From positions 1 through 53,816 of the IMG/VR virus record IMGVR_UViG_3300045978_000522: a stretch of DNA of 53,816 bases; one strand, given 5' to 3'. Shown here piece by piece: positions 1 through 8,260 of this stretch. A program made the translations under genes and the position numbers. Under the pieces are notes generated by a model. It had not been told where the DNA came from. It did not search any database and was given only the letters and a program-made list of their open reading frames with translations. Positions within the stretch are counted from its first letter, which is position 1, and each line of letters begins with the position of its first letter. The stretch is from a virus (Duplodnaviria > Caudoviricetes).

Positions 1-127
1 CCGCCGTACCGCCGTACCGCCGTACCGCCGTACCGCCGTACCGCCGTACCGCCGTACCGCCGTACCGCCGTACCGCCGTACCGCCGTACCGCCGTACCGC
101 CGTACCGCCGTACCGCCGTACCGCCGT
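1..127 (+). repeat. Tandem octamer repeat (CCGCCGTA)n, left contig end
   Basis: 15 perfect units plus CCGCCGT. Confidence 0.99.
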
Positions 128-144
128 GCTGTGAATCAATCCTG

Positions 145-558
145 ATGGCGGCCCTGGACCCTACGGCCAACAACTGGCTCCTGACAAGTGAAGCCGTCTT
201 CGACCCGCGCGCCATCGTGGCGTGGTTCGTCTGCCGGGACATTGGCTACGACGGGAGCCTCCCTGGGCAAGGGCGCGGAGCGCCGGATATGGTCGGCCCC
301 CGTACCGCCGCCGAGTGGGACGCCTGGTACGACGGGTTGCTGCGCGCCCTGCTCATCTGGGCCGGGGCGACCCGGGAGACTGGAGAGCGCCTGCGCTGTC
401 CGCTCTGCGGGGAGGCCGGCACAGGGGGCCAAGGATACGCCCCGCGGGCCCTAGGGCGACATCTGAGCGGCCAAGGCGAAGTGGCCTATTGCCCGATCAC
501 GCTCGCCGTACAGGCGTTCTGGCAGGCGCGGAGGCAGGTACGCAGGAATCGTGGTTAG
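145..558 (+). CDS. Hypothetical protein with CxxC...H...C putative Zn site
   Basis: 137 aa ORF; CPLCG...RH...YCP; no clear SD sequence. Confidence 0.65.
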   Translation: MAALDPTANNWLLTSEAVFDPRAIVAWFVCRDIGYDGSLPGQGRGAPDMVGPRTAAEWDAWYDGLLRALLIWAGATRETGERLRCPLCGEAGTGGQGYAPRALGRHLSGQGEVAYCPITLAVQAFWQARRQVRRNRG

Positions 559-589
559 CGCCACGGGCCGTACCGCCGTACCGCTGTGT

Positions 590-1606
590 TCAGAGGCGAT
601 CCAGGTCGAGGCGGCAGATGCGGATCTGCCCCTGGTTGCTCAACCGGTCTTGCGTGAACACGGCGAGCTGCCGGCCGTCGGGATGCCAGTCGGAATCGGC
701 GCACACGATCCCGCGCTCGGCCACGAAGTGCGGATGCCCGGGCGTGTGGAAGTAGGTGAGCTGCTGCTGACGACTGCCGTCACGACTCATGATCCACAGC
801 TCGGTCTCCAGCTCCTCGAGCGGCGTATCGTCCTCGAGCCCGCGCATGAACACCACCCATTCGCCGTTCGGCGAGGCATGCGCGTGTTCCTCCCAGCAGG
901 CGTTGTCCGTCAGTTGCTCCAGCGTCAGCGCGAGCGAGTCGTACACGTATACATTCGAGCGCAGTACTGGCTCGCCGTTGGGATTCCCCGAACAGAGGAT
1001 GAACCGGTCGTCGACCGGATCGTAGCCGTGGTTCTCAATCCAGTCCGGCGCGGCGCCCGGGTCGGCCGTCTGGACATTGGCCAGCGTCGGTCGCCCATGC
1101 TCGACGATAAATGCCGCTTGCTTCAGGACCCAGTGCCCGAGCGGCGAGCGCCCGCCGCCCACGTACTCCGACCAGGAGAGCTTGCTGCCCTCGCCCGAGA
1201 AATGCGGATGGAGCACGCCGCCCGAGCCTGCCACCGACGCATAGACGCGTGTCGTCGTCGAAGCGTCCGGCGGCATCACATACAGGTCGTTCTGCATCCC
1301 GCTGCCAGGCGTCGCGTACGGATCCCAAAACAAAGGCGCATCGTCCTTCTCGGCCTGATAGACGATCCAGGCGCCGTCGGGATGCCAGGCCGGCTGGCCG
1401 ATATGGCGATGGGTGAACGGTGCCGGCTTGTCGCGGGTCAGGCACTGGCGCAGGTTCCCGTTTGGTGTCATCGACCAGAGATCGAAATACCGGTTGGCGT
1501 CCTCCTCGTCGATCTTGTCGAAGGTCAGGCCGTTCCCGCCCGGCTCCCACGCCAGCCGGCCAGCGTAACTGTGCAGCACGTCGGTGACGATGAGTGCGTC
1601 GGTCAT
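590..1606 (-). CDS. TolB-like/PD40 beta-propeller protein
   Basis: Repeats QPAWHPDGAWIVY, HPHFSGEGSKLSW, HAHASPNGEWVVF, DSDWHPDGRQLAV; start taken at MTDALIV. Confidence 0.8.
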   Translation of the reverse strand: MTDALIVTDVLHSYAGRLAWEPGGNGLTFDKIDEEDANRYFDLWSMTPNGNLRQCLTRDKPAPFTHRHIGQPAWHPDGAWIVYQAEKDDAPLFWDPYATPGSGMQNDLYVMPPDASTTTRVYASVAGSGGVLHPHFSGEGSKLSWSEYVGGGRSPLGHWVLKQAAFIVEHGRPTLANVQTADPGAAPDWIENHGYDPVDDRFILCSGNPNGEPVLRSNVYVYDSLALTLEQLTDNACWEEHAHASPNGEWVVFMRGLEDDTPLEELETELWIMSRDGSRQQQLTYFHTPGHPHFVAERGIVCADSDWHPDGRQLAVFTQDRLSNQGQIRICRLDLDRL

Positions 1607-1815
1607 GGGCAGAAATTTCCTCCCGGCCGGCCATGGTACCGTACCGCCGTACCCCTGCCAGGTACGCCTGCGCTCGCCTCGCTGCAAGCCCTGCGTACTG
1701 CCCCTCTGAAGAGAAAGTGTACCGGAAGGACGTGGAGCAGGGGCCTGCGGGCCGCCCGGAGACCACACGGTCGCGCACCGTCTGCGGCCAAGCATTGTGC
1801 GTAGTTCTGGTACGG

Positions 1816-1824
1816 TGCTACACT
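1816..1824 (+). promoter_or_regulatory. Extended -10 promoter (TGCTACACT)
   Basis: TGnTAnnnT ending 10 nt before ATG 1835. Confidence 0.5.
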
Positions 1825-1834
1825 GGCAGGGTTC

Positions 1835-2281
1835 ATGACGCTGGCCCTCTTTGACCGCTACACGGTGTACCGGGTGACTGTCCGCCTGGGCCTCCGGACC
1901 GTGATCTATCAGGTGCGCACGACCGGCGATGCCAGGGCCGCCCGCGCGCTCGCGCTGCGCCGGGCCCGGGCGAGTGCGCCTGCTGCCCAGCCGCGCGTCC
2001 TGGTGCTCGCCGTCGATCAGCCGGCGGCCGGGCCGGATCTCCCTGGCCGGGTCCGCGCCCTGCGCTACCGCCTGGGCGAGTCGCGCACCGTCTTTGGCCG
2101 GCGCTTCGGCGCCAGCCCGCGCACGGTCGAGGGCTGGGAGCAGGGGCGCTTCCCGCCCCGGTGGCGCACCTGGCAGTACCTGCAAGCGCTGGAGATGGAA
2201 GTGCTGGAGGCGGAGCGGGCTGACCAAGATCCCGGACCCCGGACCCCGGTACCGTACCCCCTGGAGGCGAACCGTGGGTAA
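1835..2281 (+). CDS. XRE/Cro-like HTH protein
   Basis: RVRALRYRLGESRTVFGRRFGASPRTVEGWEQGR. Confidence 0.8.
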   Translation: MTLALFDRYTVYRVTVRLGLRTVIYQVRTTGDARAARALALRRARASAPAAQPRVLVLAVDQPAAGPDLPGRVRALRYRLGESRTVFGRRFGASPRTVEGWEQGRFPPRWRTWQYLQALEMEVLEAERADQDPGPRTPVPYPLEANRG

Positions 2282-2443
2282 CCGCCTCGACCGTGTACAC
2301 GGCCCTGGGGCGAGCAATCATCTGGCAAGGGGTAGAGGCTGGGCCGACAGGCGATCGTCGCGCCTGGGCGGGCTCAGGCGGCCTGAGGGCACGGCCCGGG
2401 CCTGGGCGGTGCGCCAATCGGCCTGGCTGGGCGGGATCGCCTG

Positions 2444-2635
2444 ATGCAGGACCGGGACCGGCACGCCATTGCCCATGTTGCTTGTCCGGTGTGCGGGGCG
2501 GCTCCGGGCCAACCCTGTGCCCGGCGAGTAGATCCGGAGACCCGGACCCGGGAGGCGCGCCCCTCGCCCCTGCACACGGCCCGCCGCCGGGCGTGGCAGG
2601 CGCACCGTGACGAGCAGCTGCGTAAGAAGGCATAA
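2444..2635 (+). CDS. Small zinc-finger protein
   Basis: CPVCGAAPGQPC...HTARR. Confidence 0.7.
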   Translation: MQDRDRHAIAHVACPVCGAAPGQPCARRVDPETRTREARPSPLHTARRRAWQAHRDEQLRKKA

Positions 2636-2649
2636 GCTACGGCACAGGA

Positions 2650-2907
2650 GTGGTCATGAGCAACGACGACGACGATATGGGCTTCGAGGATGGCCGGCCC
2701 TTCCTGCTGGGTGCCAGAGTTAAAGCCGAGGTCGACGCCATCGTTGATGACCCGGACGCTACGCCGGTACTGGTCGTAGCCGTCAGCGCCCGCGGCATGG
2801 GTGTGCGCGTGTTCGGGCCCCCGTCGCTCAAAGTGGCCGACAAGCTCGACGAGGTCGCCCGCACCTACCGGCAAGCCGTCCTGGCTGCCCGGGCGAAGCA
2901 GAACTGA
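2650..2907 (+). CDS. Hypothetical protein
   Basis: AGGAG SD; protein-like composition. Confidence 0.65.
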   Translation: MVMSNDDDDMGFEDGRPFLLGARVKAEVDAIVDDPDATPVLVVAVSARGMGVRVFGPPSLKVADKLDEVARTYRQAVLAARAKQN

Positions 2908-3203
2908 ATTGGCCAAGACGCCCGCGACCACGACCAGGCTCGGGGGTACGGACGCAGCCGTGGGCGCCCGTCTCGACGCGCTCCTCAGGGAGCTGGCTGC
3001 AATCCGGGCCGGCCTGGGCACGCCGCCTCCGGGGCAGCTCCCGGGCCTTGACCACGGCGACAGGCGCTGGCTGGCGCCGGGCCGTGCACTGCGCCACCGG
3101 TCACCTGGCCTGTTTCGCGTCTGGCAGCGGGGGCTGGAACATACCTGTGCGCTGGTGAATGCGCCCACGGGCCTGGTCCCGGATGGGCGGATGCGGAGGC
3201 GTA

Positions 3204-3587
3204 ATGGCAACGCTGTTCCGGACTGACGGCACCGTCATGCCCGTTCACCTACGCGAGGAGGCGCTCGACCAGCTGGCGGATCTGCAGCGTCTCGTCGGCG
3301 GGGCGATCGAGGTGGTGCGTCTGGACGCAGGCGACGACTGCCACGACTATCGCCCCGATCACAACGGCGAGTGCACCGTGTGCGACGAGGGGCCCGAGGG
3401 CCACGGTACCGTGCTCGGCTCTTGGAGCGTGCTCGTCGTCGACGAGGAAGGCAAGCTCCGGGGGAAGCCAGCCAATCGCCTGGCGACGGTGCTGGCCGCC
3501 GAGGTGCTGCACGGTGATGTGATTGCCGGCGACGCCGTGCTCTGCACGGTCTGGGATCCCGGCACGGCCAAGGAGCGCTGGTCATGA
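3204..3587 (+). CDS. DUF3846-like protein with Cys/His-rich insert
   Basis: LQRLVGGAIEVV...VVDEEGKLRGKPANRLAT...IAGDAVL; GGAGG SD. Confidence 0.75.
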   Translation: MATLFRTDGTVMPVHLREEALDQLADLQRLVGGAIEVVRLDAGDDCHDYRPDHNGECTVCDEGPEGHGTVLGSWSVLVVDEEGKLRGKPANRLATVLAAEVLHGDVIAGDAVLCTVWDPGTAKERWS

Positions 3588-3793
3588 CCACTGTGGAAGA
3601 ACGGCAGTGTGCGTTACTCCAAATCCAGATCGACAACGCCACGACGGAGTTCGCGGTGCTCCGGGCGCAACTGGACTTCTGGCGCACCGCCACCGGCGAG
3701 ATCGCCGCGACCGCGGCGGCCCTGCGGCAGGCGCTGGGCGGCATGCCGGCCTGGGCGCAGCGCGCTCTGGACCACGAGGACCGACAGGACTGA
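3584..3793 (+). CDS. Hypothetical protein
   Basis: ATGA overlap with upstream gene. Confidence 0.6.
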   Translation: MTTVEERQCALLQIQIDNATTEFAVLRAQLDFWRTATGEIAATAAALRQALGGMPAWAQRALDHEDRQD

Positions 3794-3875
3794 TCGCCGC
3801 GTCGCTGATGCGTCCGGTACGCCCGGGCGACTTCGGTGCCGGATTGAGCCCACCGTCGCTAGAGGAGGTGGCATC

Positions 3876-4085
3876 GTGAATGACCGGATCACGCAGACCA
3901 TCGACGAGGTCAGAGACGCACTCGAAACCGTCTGGGAGACGATGGCGGTCGAAGACTTCCGCCGGCTGCACGGCCGGTTTGTCGGCGTGGTGCTGTCGGT
4001 GGAAGCCGGCTTCCGGCAGCGCTTCCCCGAGGAGTGGGCCGCCTACCAGCAGGAGTTCTACGGCGAGGACGGCGAGGACACATGA
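3876..4085 (+). CDS. Hypothetical protein
   Basis: GAGGAGG SD before GTG. Confidence 0.65.
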   Translation: MNDRITQTIDEVRDALETVWETMAVEDFRRLHGRFVGVVLSVEAGFRQRFPEEWAAYQQEFYGEDGEDT

Positions 4086-4181
4086 CCGCCCGCCTGGCGC
4101 GTCGCGGCTAGCCATCCACCCCGCTGACCGGGCGCGGTTTCCGTGCAGGCGGCACCGGGCGGGGCGGGTCGCCGTTCGACA

Positions 4182-4206
4182 AAGCATATGCTTCTTGTGG
4201 TATCCT
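4182..4206 (+). promoter_or_regulatory. Palindromic operator AAGCATATGCTT next to extended -10 TGGTATCCT
   Basis: 12-bp perfect palindrome at 4182-4193; -10 element at 4198-4206. Confidence 0.55.
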
Positions 4207-4221
4207 GTACATGGTACCGTG

Positions 4222-4416
4222 ATGACTCCTGAGGAACGCTTCGCCGCGCACGAGCAGTGGCTGCTCGACCACGATCGCGCGATCGCGGAGCTGCGCGCTA
4301 TCCAAACCGAGCAGGCGCGGTTGCAGCAGCAGCAGAGTGCGGTGCTGTTGGAGCTGACGCAGCAGATCGTACGCCTGCTGGATCGGCGAGACAACGGGCG
4401 CACAGGAGGCGCGTAA
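4222..4416 (+). CDS. Small coiled-coil protein
   Basis: MTPEERFAAHEQW... Confidence 0.6.
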   Translation: MTPEERFAAHEQWLLDHDRAIAELRAIQTEQARLQQQQSAVLLELTQQIVRLLDRRDNGRTGGA

Positions 4417-4658
4417 TGCCCCAGACTCTGCTCGCCAGACTGATCGAGCGCCAGGTCACCAGCTCGCTGGCCGCCACGATCGCCCGCATGACGGACCCGG
4501 TGGTCGAGGAGCTGGCGCTGGACCTGTTCAAGGATCCGCTGTTCCGCGTCGAGCTGCAGGCGCTGGTGCGCGAGGCGTTTGTCAAGGCGCTCAGGGATCT
4601 CCAGGGGGGCGAGGCGCCGCCAGACGACCGGCCGGAGCGGTGGCCGGAGGGACGCTAA
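4416..4658 (+). CDS. Hypothetical protein
   Basis: AGGAGG SD; TAATG coupling. Confidence 0.65.
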   Translation: MPQTLLARLIERQVTSSLAATIARMTDPVVEELALDLFKDPLFRVELQALVREAFVKALRDLQGGEAPPDDRPERWPEGR

Positions 4659-4782
4659 TGCCCAGGCCTGTCAGCGAACAGCAGCGCATCGCGCTCGGAC
4701 TGCGCCCCCGCACGCTCGGCGGCTGGTGGTGCTGGGTACGTTACTGGTCGCCCCTGGCCCAGTTGTGGCGGAGGGGTCGGTA

Positions 4783-5139
4783 ATGCCCAGGACCATCGGC
4801 GCCGAGCGCATTGCGCTGGCGCGTGCCGCCCTGGCGGAGTACCGGGCCCAGGAGCGCGTCGGCTGCGACGAGGCGACCTGGCTCGCACTTCGCCTTGGCT
4901 GCTCGCCGCACGAGGGGGCGCGCCTGCTGCGGGCAGTCGAGCGGCGCCGGCCGTACTCGACGCGCCACACCGCCCGGGCCAACCCGCGGCGCTACCTGCT
5001 CAGCGGCATTCCGCCCACGCTCTGGGCGGAGGTGCGGACCCGGGCGCGCCGGGAGCCCATTGCCGTGCGCAGCCTGATCCTCGACTTGCTCAAGGCGTGG
5101 GTGGAGGCCAGGCGCCACACGCCGGAGTCGCCCGTATGA
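4783..5139 (+). CDS. DNA-binding protein with C-terminal ribbon-helix-helix-like region
   Basis: RYLLSGIPPTLWAEVRTRARREPIAVRSLILDLLKAW. Confidence 0.6.
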   Translation: MPRTIGAERIALARAALAEYRAQERVGCDEATWLALRLGCSPHEGARLLRAVERRRPYSTRHTARANPRRYLLSGIPPTLWAEVRTRARREPIAVRSLILDLLKAWVEARRHTPESPV

Positions 5140-5555
5140 CCCCCCCGCGTCTCCGCAGCTGGCGCGTCACGGCGGCAGCCACGCATCCGCTGACCGGGCA
5201 GGGCGACATCGAGAGCGTGGAGATCCGGGCCTTCGACCGGCACAGCGCCCGCAAGCGGGGCATCCGCCAACTGCGCGACGACGGCTGGGAGGTGGACACC
5301 GGCTCGGCCACCGTCATCGAGGTGGTGCCGGTGGTCGGCCTGGGGACCCCGGGCCAGCGCATGCGCACGCTGCGCGAGATACTCGGCGAGGACCGGCGCA
5401 CCTTTGCCGGTCGCTTCCTGGTGCCTGCCACCGGGACGCATGTCCTGCGCTGGGAGCAGGGGCGGCCACTCCGGCCCTTTGAGCTGGAGACCCTGGCCCA
5501 TCTGGAGCGGGCCTTGTTCGGGCGTACGCAGGCGCCGCGTGCGCGGCACGCCTGA
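5136..5555 (+). CDS. XRE-like HTH protein, similar architecture to 1835..2281
   Basis: RMRTLREILGEDRRTFAGRF...VLRWEQGR. Confidence 0.7.
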   Translation: MTPPRLRSWRVTAAATHPLTGQGDIESVEIRAFDRHSARKRGIRQLRDDGWEVDTGSATVIEVVPVVGLGTPGQRMRTLREILGEDRRTFAGRFLVPATGTHVLRWEQGRPLRPFELETLAHLERALFGRTQAPRARHA

Positions 5556-5705
5556 GAACCACACCCTGGGAAGGTGCAGGAAGAAGAGGTGTGGGTGGGT
5601 GATCTGTCAAACCTGCACGCGACACAAGGCGTGGACGCCTGAGTATTCAACCCGCAATGACCCGGCTGCGGTGGCATGGTGGGTGAAGTATGGGGGTAGC
5701 CGAGG

Positions 5706-6260
5706 ATGACTGTCGAGGATCGCGAGACGCTCCACATCCTGCGTGGGTGGCTGGAGGATCATCTCTCCGAAACCAACCACATCCCCTCGATGCTGCCCGA
5801 GGGGACGACCATCGAGGACTGCGTGAGGGCTCTGCGGGTGGTTGAAGCGGAACTCCAACTCGACTTCCGGTTCGGCCCGCTCGCGGATGAATTGCAGGCG
5901 TGTCAGGAGGAGCACGCGCGGCTGAAGAAGGGGCTGGCGAACGCCCTCGACAACGCCGAAGCTTGGCACTCCAAATACATCCGCTGCCGTGACGCGCTGC
6001 TCGCATTGCTCGACCTCGACACTGACGCTGACGGGGGCATCGGGGACGCGATGACGATTGCACGCAAGGCGCTCCTCCATGAGAGGACGGACAGCGACGA
6101 AGATGCGTGGCTCCATTCCGAGCAGCTGAAGGCGCTCGTGGCGGTTGAAAGGTTCGTGGTGGAGATCGAGGCGGAGTTCTGGAAGACCCCCGGCATCGCC
6201 TACACCGTGGCGATCCAAAACGTCCTGAAGCGGTGGCGTGCCGACATGGTGAAGCCGTGA
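5706..6260 (+). CDS. Hypothetical protein
   Basis: 184 aa ORF in early operon. Confidence 0.65.
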   Translation: MTVEDRETLHILRGWLEDHLSETNHIPSMLPEGTTIEDCVRALRVVEAELQLDFRFGPLADELQACQEEHARLKKGLANALDNAEAWHSKYIRCRDALLALLDLDTDADGGIGDAMTIARKALLHERTDSDEDAWLHSEQLKALVAVERFVVEIEAEFWKTPGIAYTVAIQNVLKRWRADMVKP

Positions 6261-6308
6261 GCCGGTTGCTGAGGCGCACCGGCACATCTGGGCTTGAGAG
6301 GGAGTGAC

Positions 6309-6833
6309 GTGCCCTACTACGACACGATTGCGGAGGACTTGGCGCGGGCGAAGGCGATCCTGGCTCGACTCGCCAAGCCGGAGCACACGCCACCGACGTG
6401 GGTTGTGGGGATGGATGTGCGCGCCGCTTACAAGCTGCTGGAGAGCTTCATCGCGGAGATCGAGCGGCTGCAGCCACGGCTGGCTGATGCCGAGCGCCGC
6501 GCGGGGAGCATCCTGCAACAGTTCGAAGACCAGCAGGATCGCACCGCCACGCTCGGGGAGGAGTTGCTGCAACTGCAAACGCGCCTCGCCGCCAAGGACG
6601 AAGAGCTACTCAAGGCCAACGAGAAGGTCGAGGCGCTGCGCGAGACGGCGATGGAGTTGGAGCGGGAGGTGGCGCGGCTGAAGCAACGCCCCTGTGAAGT
6701 CTGCGGCTGGCGTAGCAAGGCCGAATACGATGCGCACCCAGACCGTGCGGAATGCACCTGCAATGGCGGCGAACAGGGTGATGGGCTGGTGAGTCTGCCG
6801 CATGAGCCGGGGTGTGCGAGGTATCGGGGATGA
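6309..6833 (+). CDS. Coiled-coil protein with C-terminal Cys-rich motif
   Basis: GGGAG SD; CEVC...CTC...H...C. Confidence 0.65.
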   Translation: MPYYDTIAEDLARAKAILARLAKPEHTPPTWVVGMDVRAAYKLLESFIAEIERLQPRLADAERRAGSILQQFEDQQDRTATLGEELLQLQTRLAAKDEELLKANEKVEALRETAMELEREVARLKQRPCEVCGWRSKAEYDAHPDRAECTCNGGEQGDGLVSLPHEPGCARYRG

Positions 6834-7030
6834 CAGAGATTCGTTTGCAGACCGCCATCGACAAGGACGCTGTGCTCTACGGCGTGATGGTCAACAACGT
6901 GTGCGTGTGGAGCAAGGAAGTAGGCTTCAGCATGAAGGGTCGGAACCGTGCCGGTGGGCCTGCGTTTGTGCAGGCCGCGCGTGAACAGGAAGCCATCGCG
7001 AGGACGTATGCCGAGAAAGCCGAAGCGTAG
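6830..7030 (+). CDS. Hypothetical protein
   Basis: ATGA overlap. Confidence 0.55.
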   Translation: MTEIRLQTAIDKDAVLYGVMVNNVCVWSKEVGFSMKGRNRAGGPAFVQAAREQEAIARTYAEKAEA

Positions 7031-7184
7031 TCCGGTCGTTGCGTTGCGGGAAGCCGCGAAGGCGTGGGTGGGCGGGCTGCACATGCCGGTCAGGTATTCC
7101 GATGACCGAGAGTTCGCCGCGCTCGACCGCCGCCTTCAACGTGCTGCAATCGCCTTCGCGAAGGCATCGGGGCGGTTGACGTAA
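7008..7184 (+). CDS. Small basic hypothetical protein
   Basis: GAGGA SD. Confidence 0.5.
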   Translation: MPRKPKRSPVVALREAAKAWVGGLHMPVRYSDDREFAALDRRLQRAAIAFAKASGRLT

Positions 7185-7193
7185 TCACGGTTT

Positions 7194-7442
7194 ATGCGAC
7201 CCTTGCCGAAGCTCCACTACATCCTCTCGATGGGCTGCGTCGATGGTTCATCGGTTCAGGTGCGCTCGTTTTCGATTGACGGCCTTGCGGGCTGGCTCTG
7301 CACACTCGACCACGAAGGCTCGTCATGGGGCGCGGTCATGCATGAAATGGACGACGCCAACACGAAGGTGCTGAGCACGCGTGACGTGACTGATGACGTG
7401 ACCGCAGCGTATGTGGCGAAGCGCGAAGGGAACCCCCGATGA
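7194..7442 (+). CDS. Hypothetical protein
   Basis: 82 aa ORF. Confidence 0.55.
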   Translation: MRPLPKLHYILSMGCVDGSSVQVRSFSIDGLAGWLCTLDHEGSSWGAVMHEMDDANTKVLSTRDVTDDVTAAYVAKREGNPR

Positions 7443-7567
7443 ACTTCCGCAAGATGGGTCCGCGCTCCTCCGACCATCCCTTGGTCGATCAGCGCAGCTG
7501 GCGGGAGGCCGGCCTCGCACCCGTTCATACCGCCCGGTGAGGCGCGCGATCGGCGCTTGAGCAACTC

Positions 7568-8236
7568 TCACGCGCACAGCTTGGCCAGCGCTCTTGCCAA
7601 CTCCGCCAGCTGCGCCTCGATCCGCGACAGGCGCAGGTCGGTGGACAGCGGCGCCTCAGGTGCCTCGGCGACCACACGGCTGCCGCCCTGGTGGTCGTAG
7701 TAGACCAGCATCCCGCCGGCATCGGCGCTATGGGCATTCAGCTCGTAGCGCCCGTCGGCCGACACCAGCTTGTCGATCGGGGCGCCGGGCCCGGTGCCGC
7801 CGCCGCTGGTGAGGTTGGGCGCGTAAATCGGCACGGTGCTCCAGATGCCGTGCGCCGTGACGTAGAGCGCCTTGACCTCGTTGCCGTCCTGGGCGTCGGG
7901 CGTCGCCTGGGGGTGCAAGCAGAACATCCAGACCGGCACGCGCTGCCCGGCGGGCCAGCCCGGGGGCTCCTCGTTGACCGCCGCCAGGCGCCAGCACTCC
8001 GAGCGCCGCGGGTAATCCTGGTCGCCCTCGCCGCCACCGGTGAGGATGTCGCCACTGATGCTGACAACCATGCCAAACTCCGGGCCGCCAGAACGGTCCT
8101 CCCACGACTTACCGAAGCGCAGCTTGATCTGGTCCGGGTTGGGGACCTTGGCGTCGAGCGCCACTTCGTCGTGGCTGCAGGCGTAGAGACCGGCGTGCGC
8201 GAGTTCGTGAATCAGGTCTTCGGGTTTGATGGTCAT
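7568..8236 (-). CDS. Hypothetical protein (last gene of the virion operon; N-terminal HELAH)
   Basis: AAAGGA SD; 222 aa. Confidence 0.7.
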   Translation of the reverse strand: MTIKPEDLIHELAHAGLYACSHDEVALDAKVPNPDQIKLRFGKSWEDRSGGPEFGMVVSISGDILTGGGEGDQDYPRRSECWRLAAVNEEPPGWPAGQRVPVWMFCLHPQATPDAQDGNEVKALYVTAHGIWSTVPIYAPNLTSGGGTGPGAPIDKLVSADGRYELNAHSADAGGMLVYYDHQGGSRVVAEAPEAPLSTDLRLSRIEAQLAELARALAKLCA

Positions 8237-8260
8237 GTCGGTTGCAGTCCTTTCATGGCG

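Noticed and set aside
1-127. Telomeres of a linear replicon
   Set aside because: The repeats are in direct, not inverted, orientation at the two ends. Their lengths (127 and 99 bp) equal common assembler k-mer sizes, which points to an assembly break in one collapsed array. No telomerase/RT or protelomerase was recognised.
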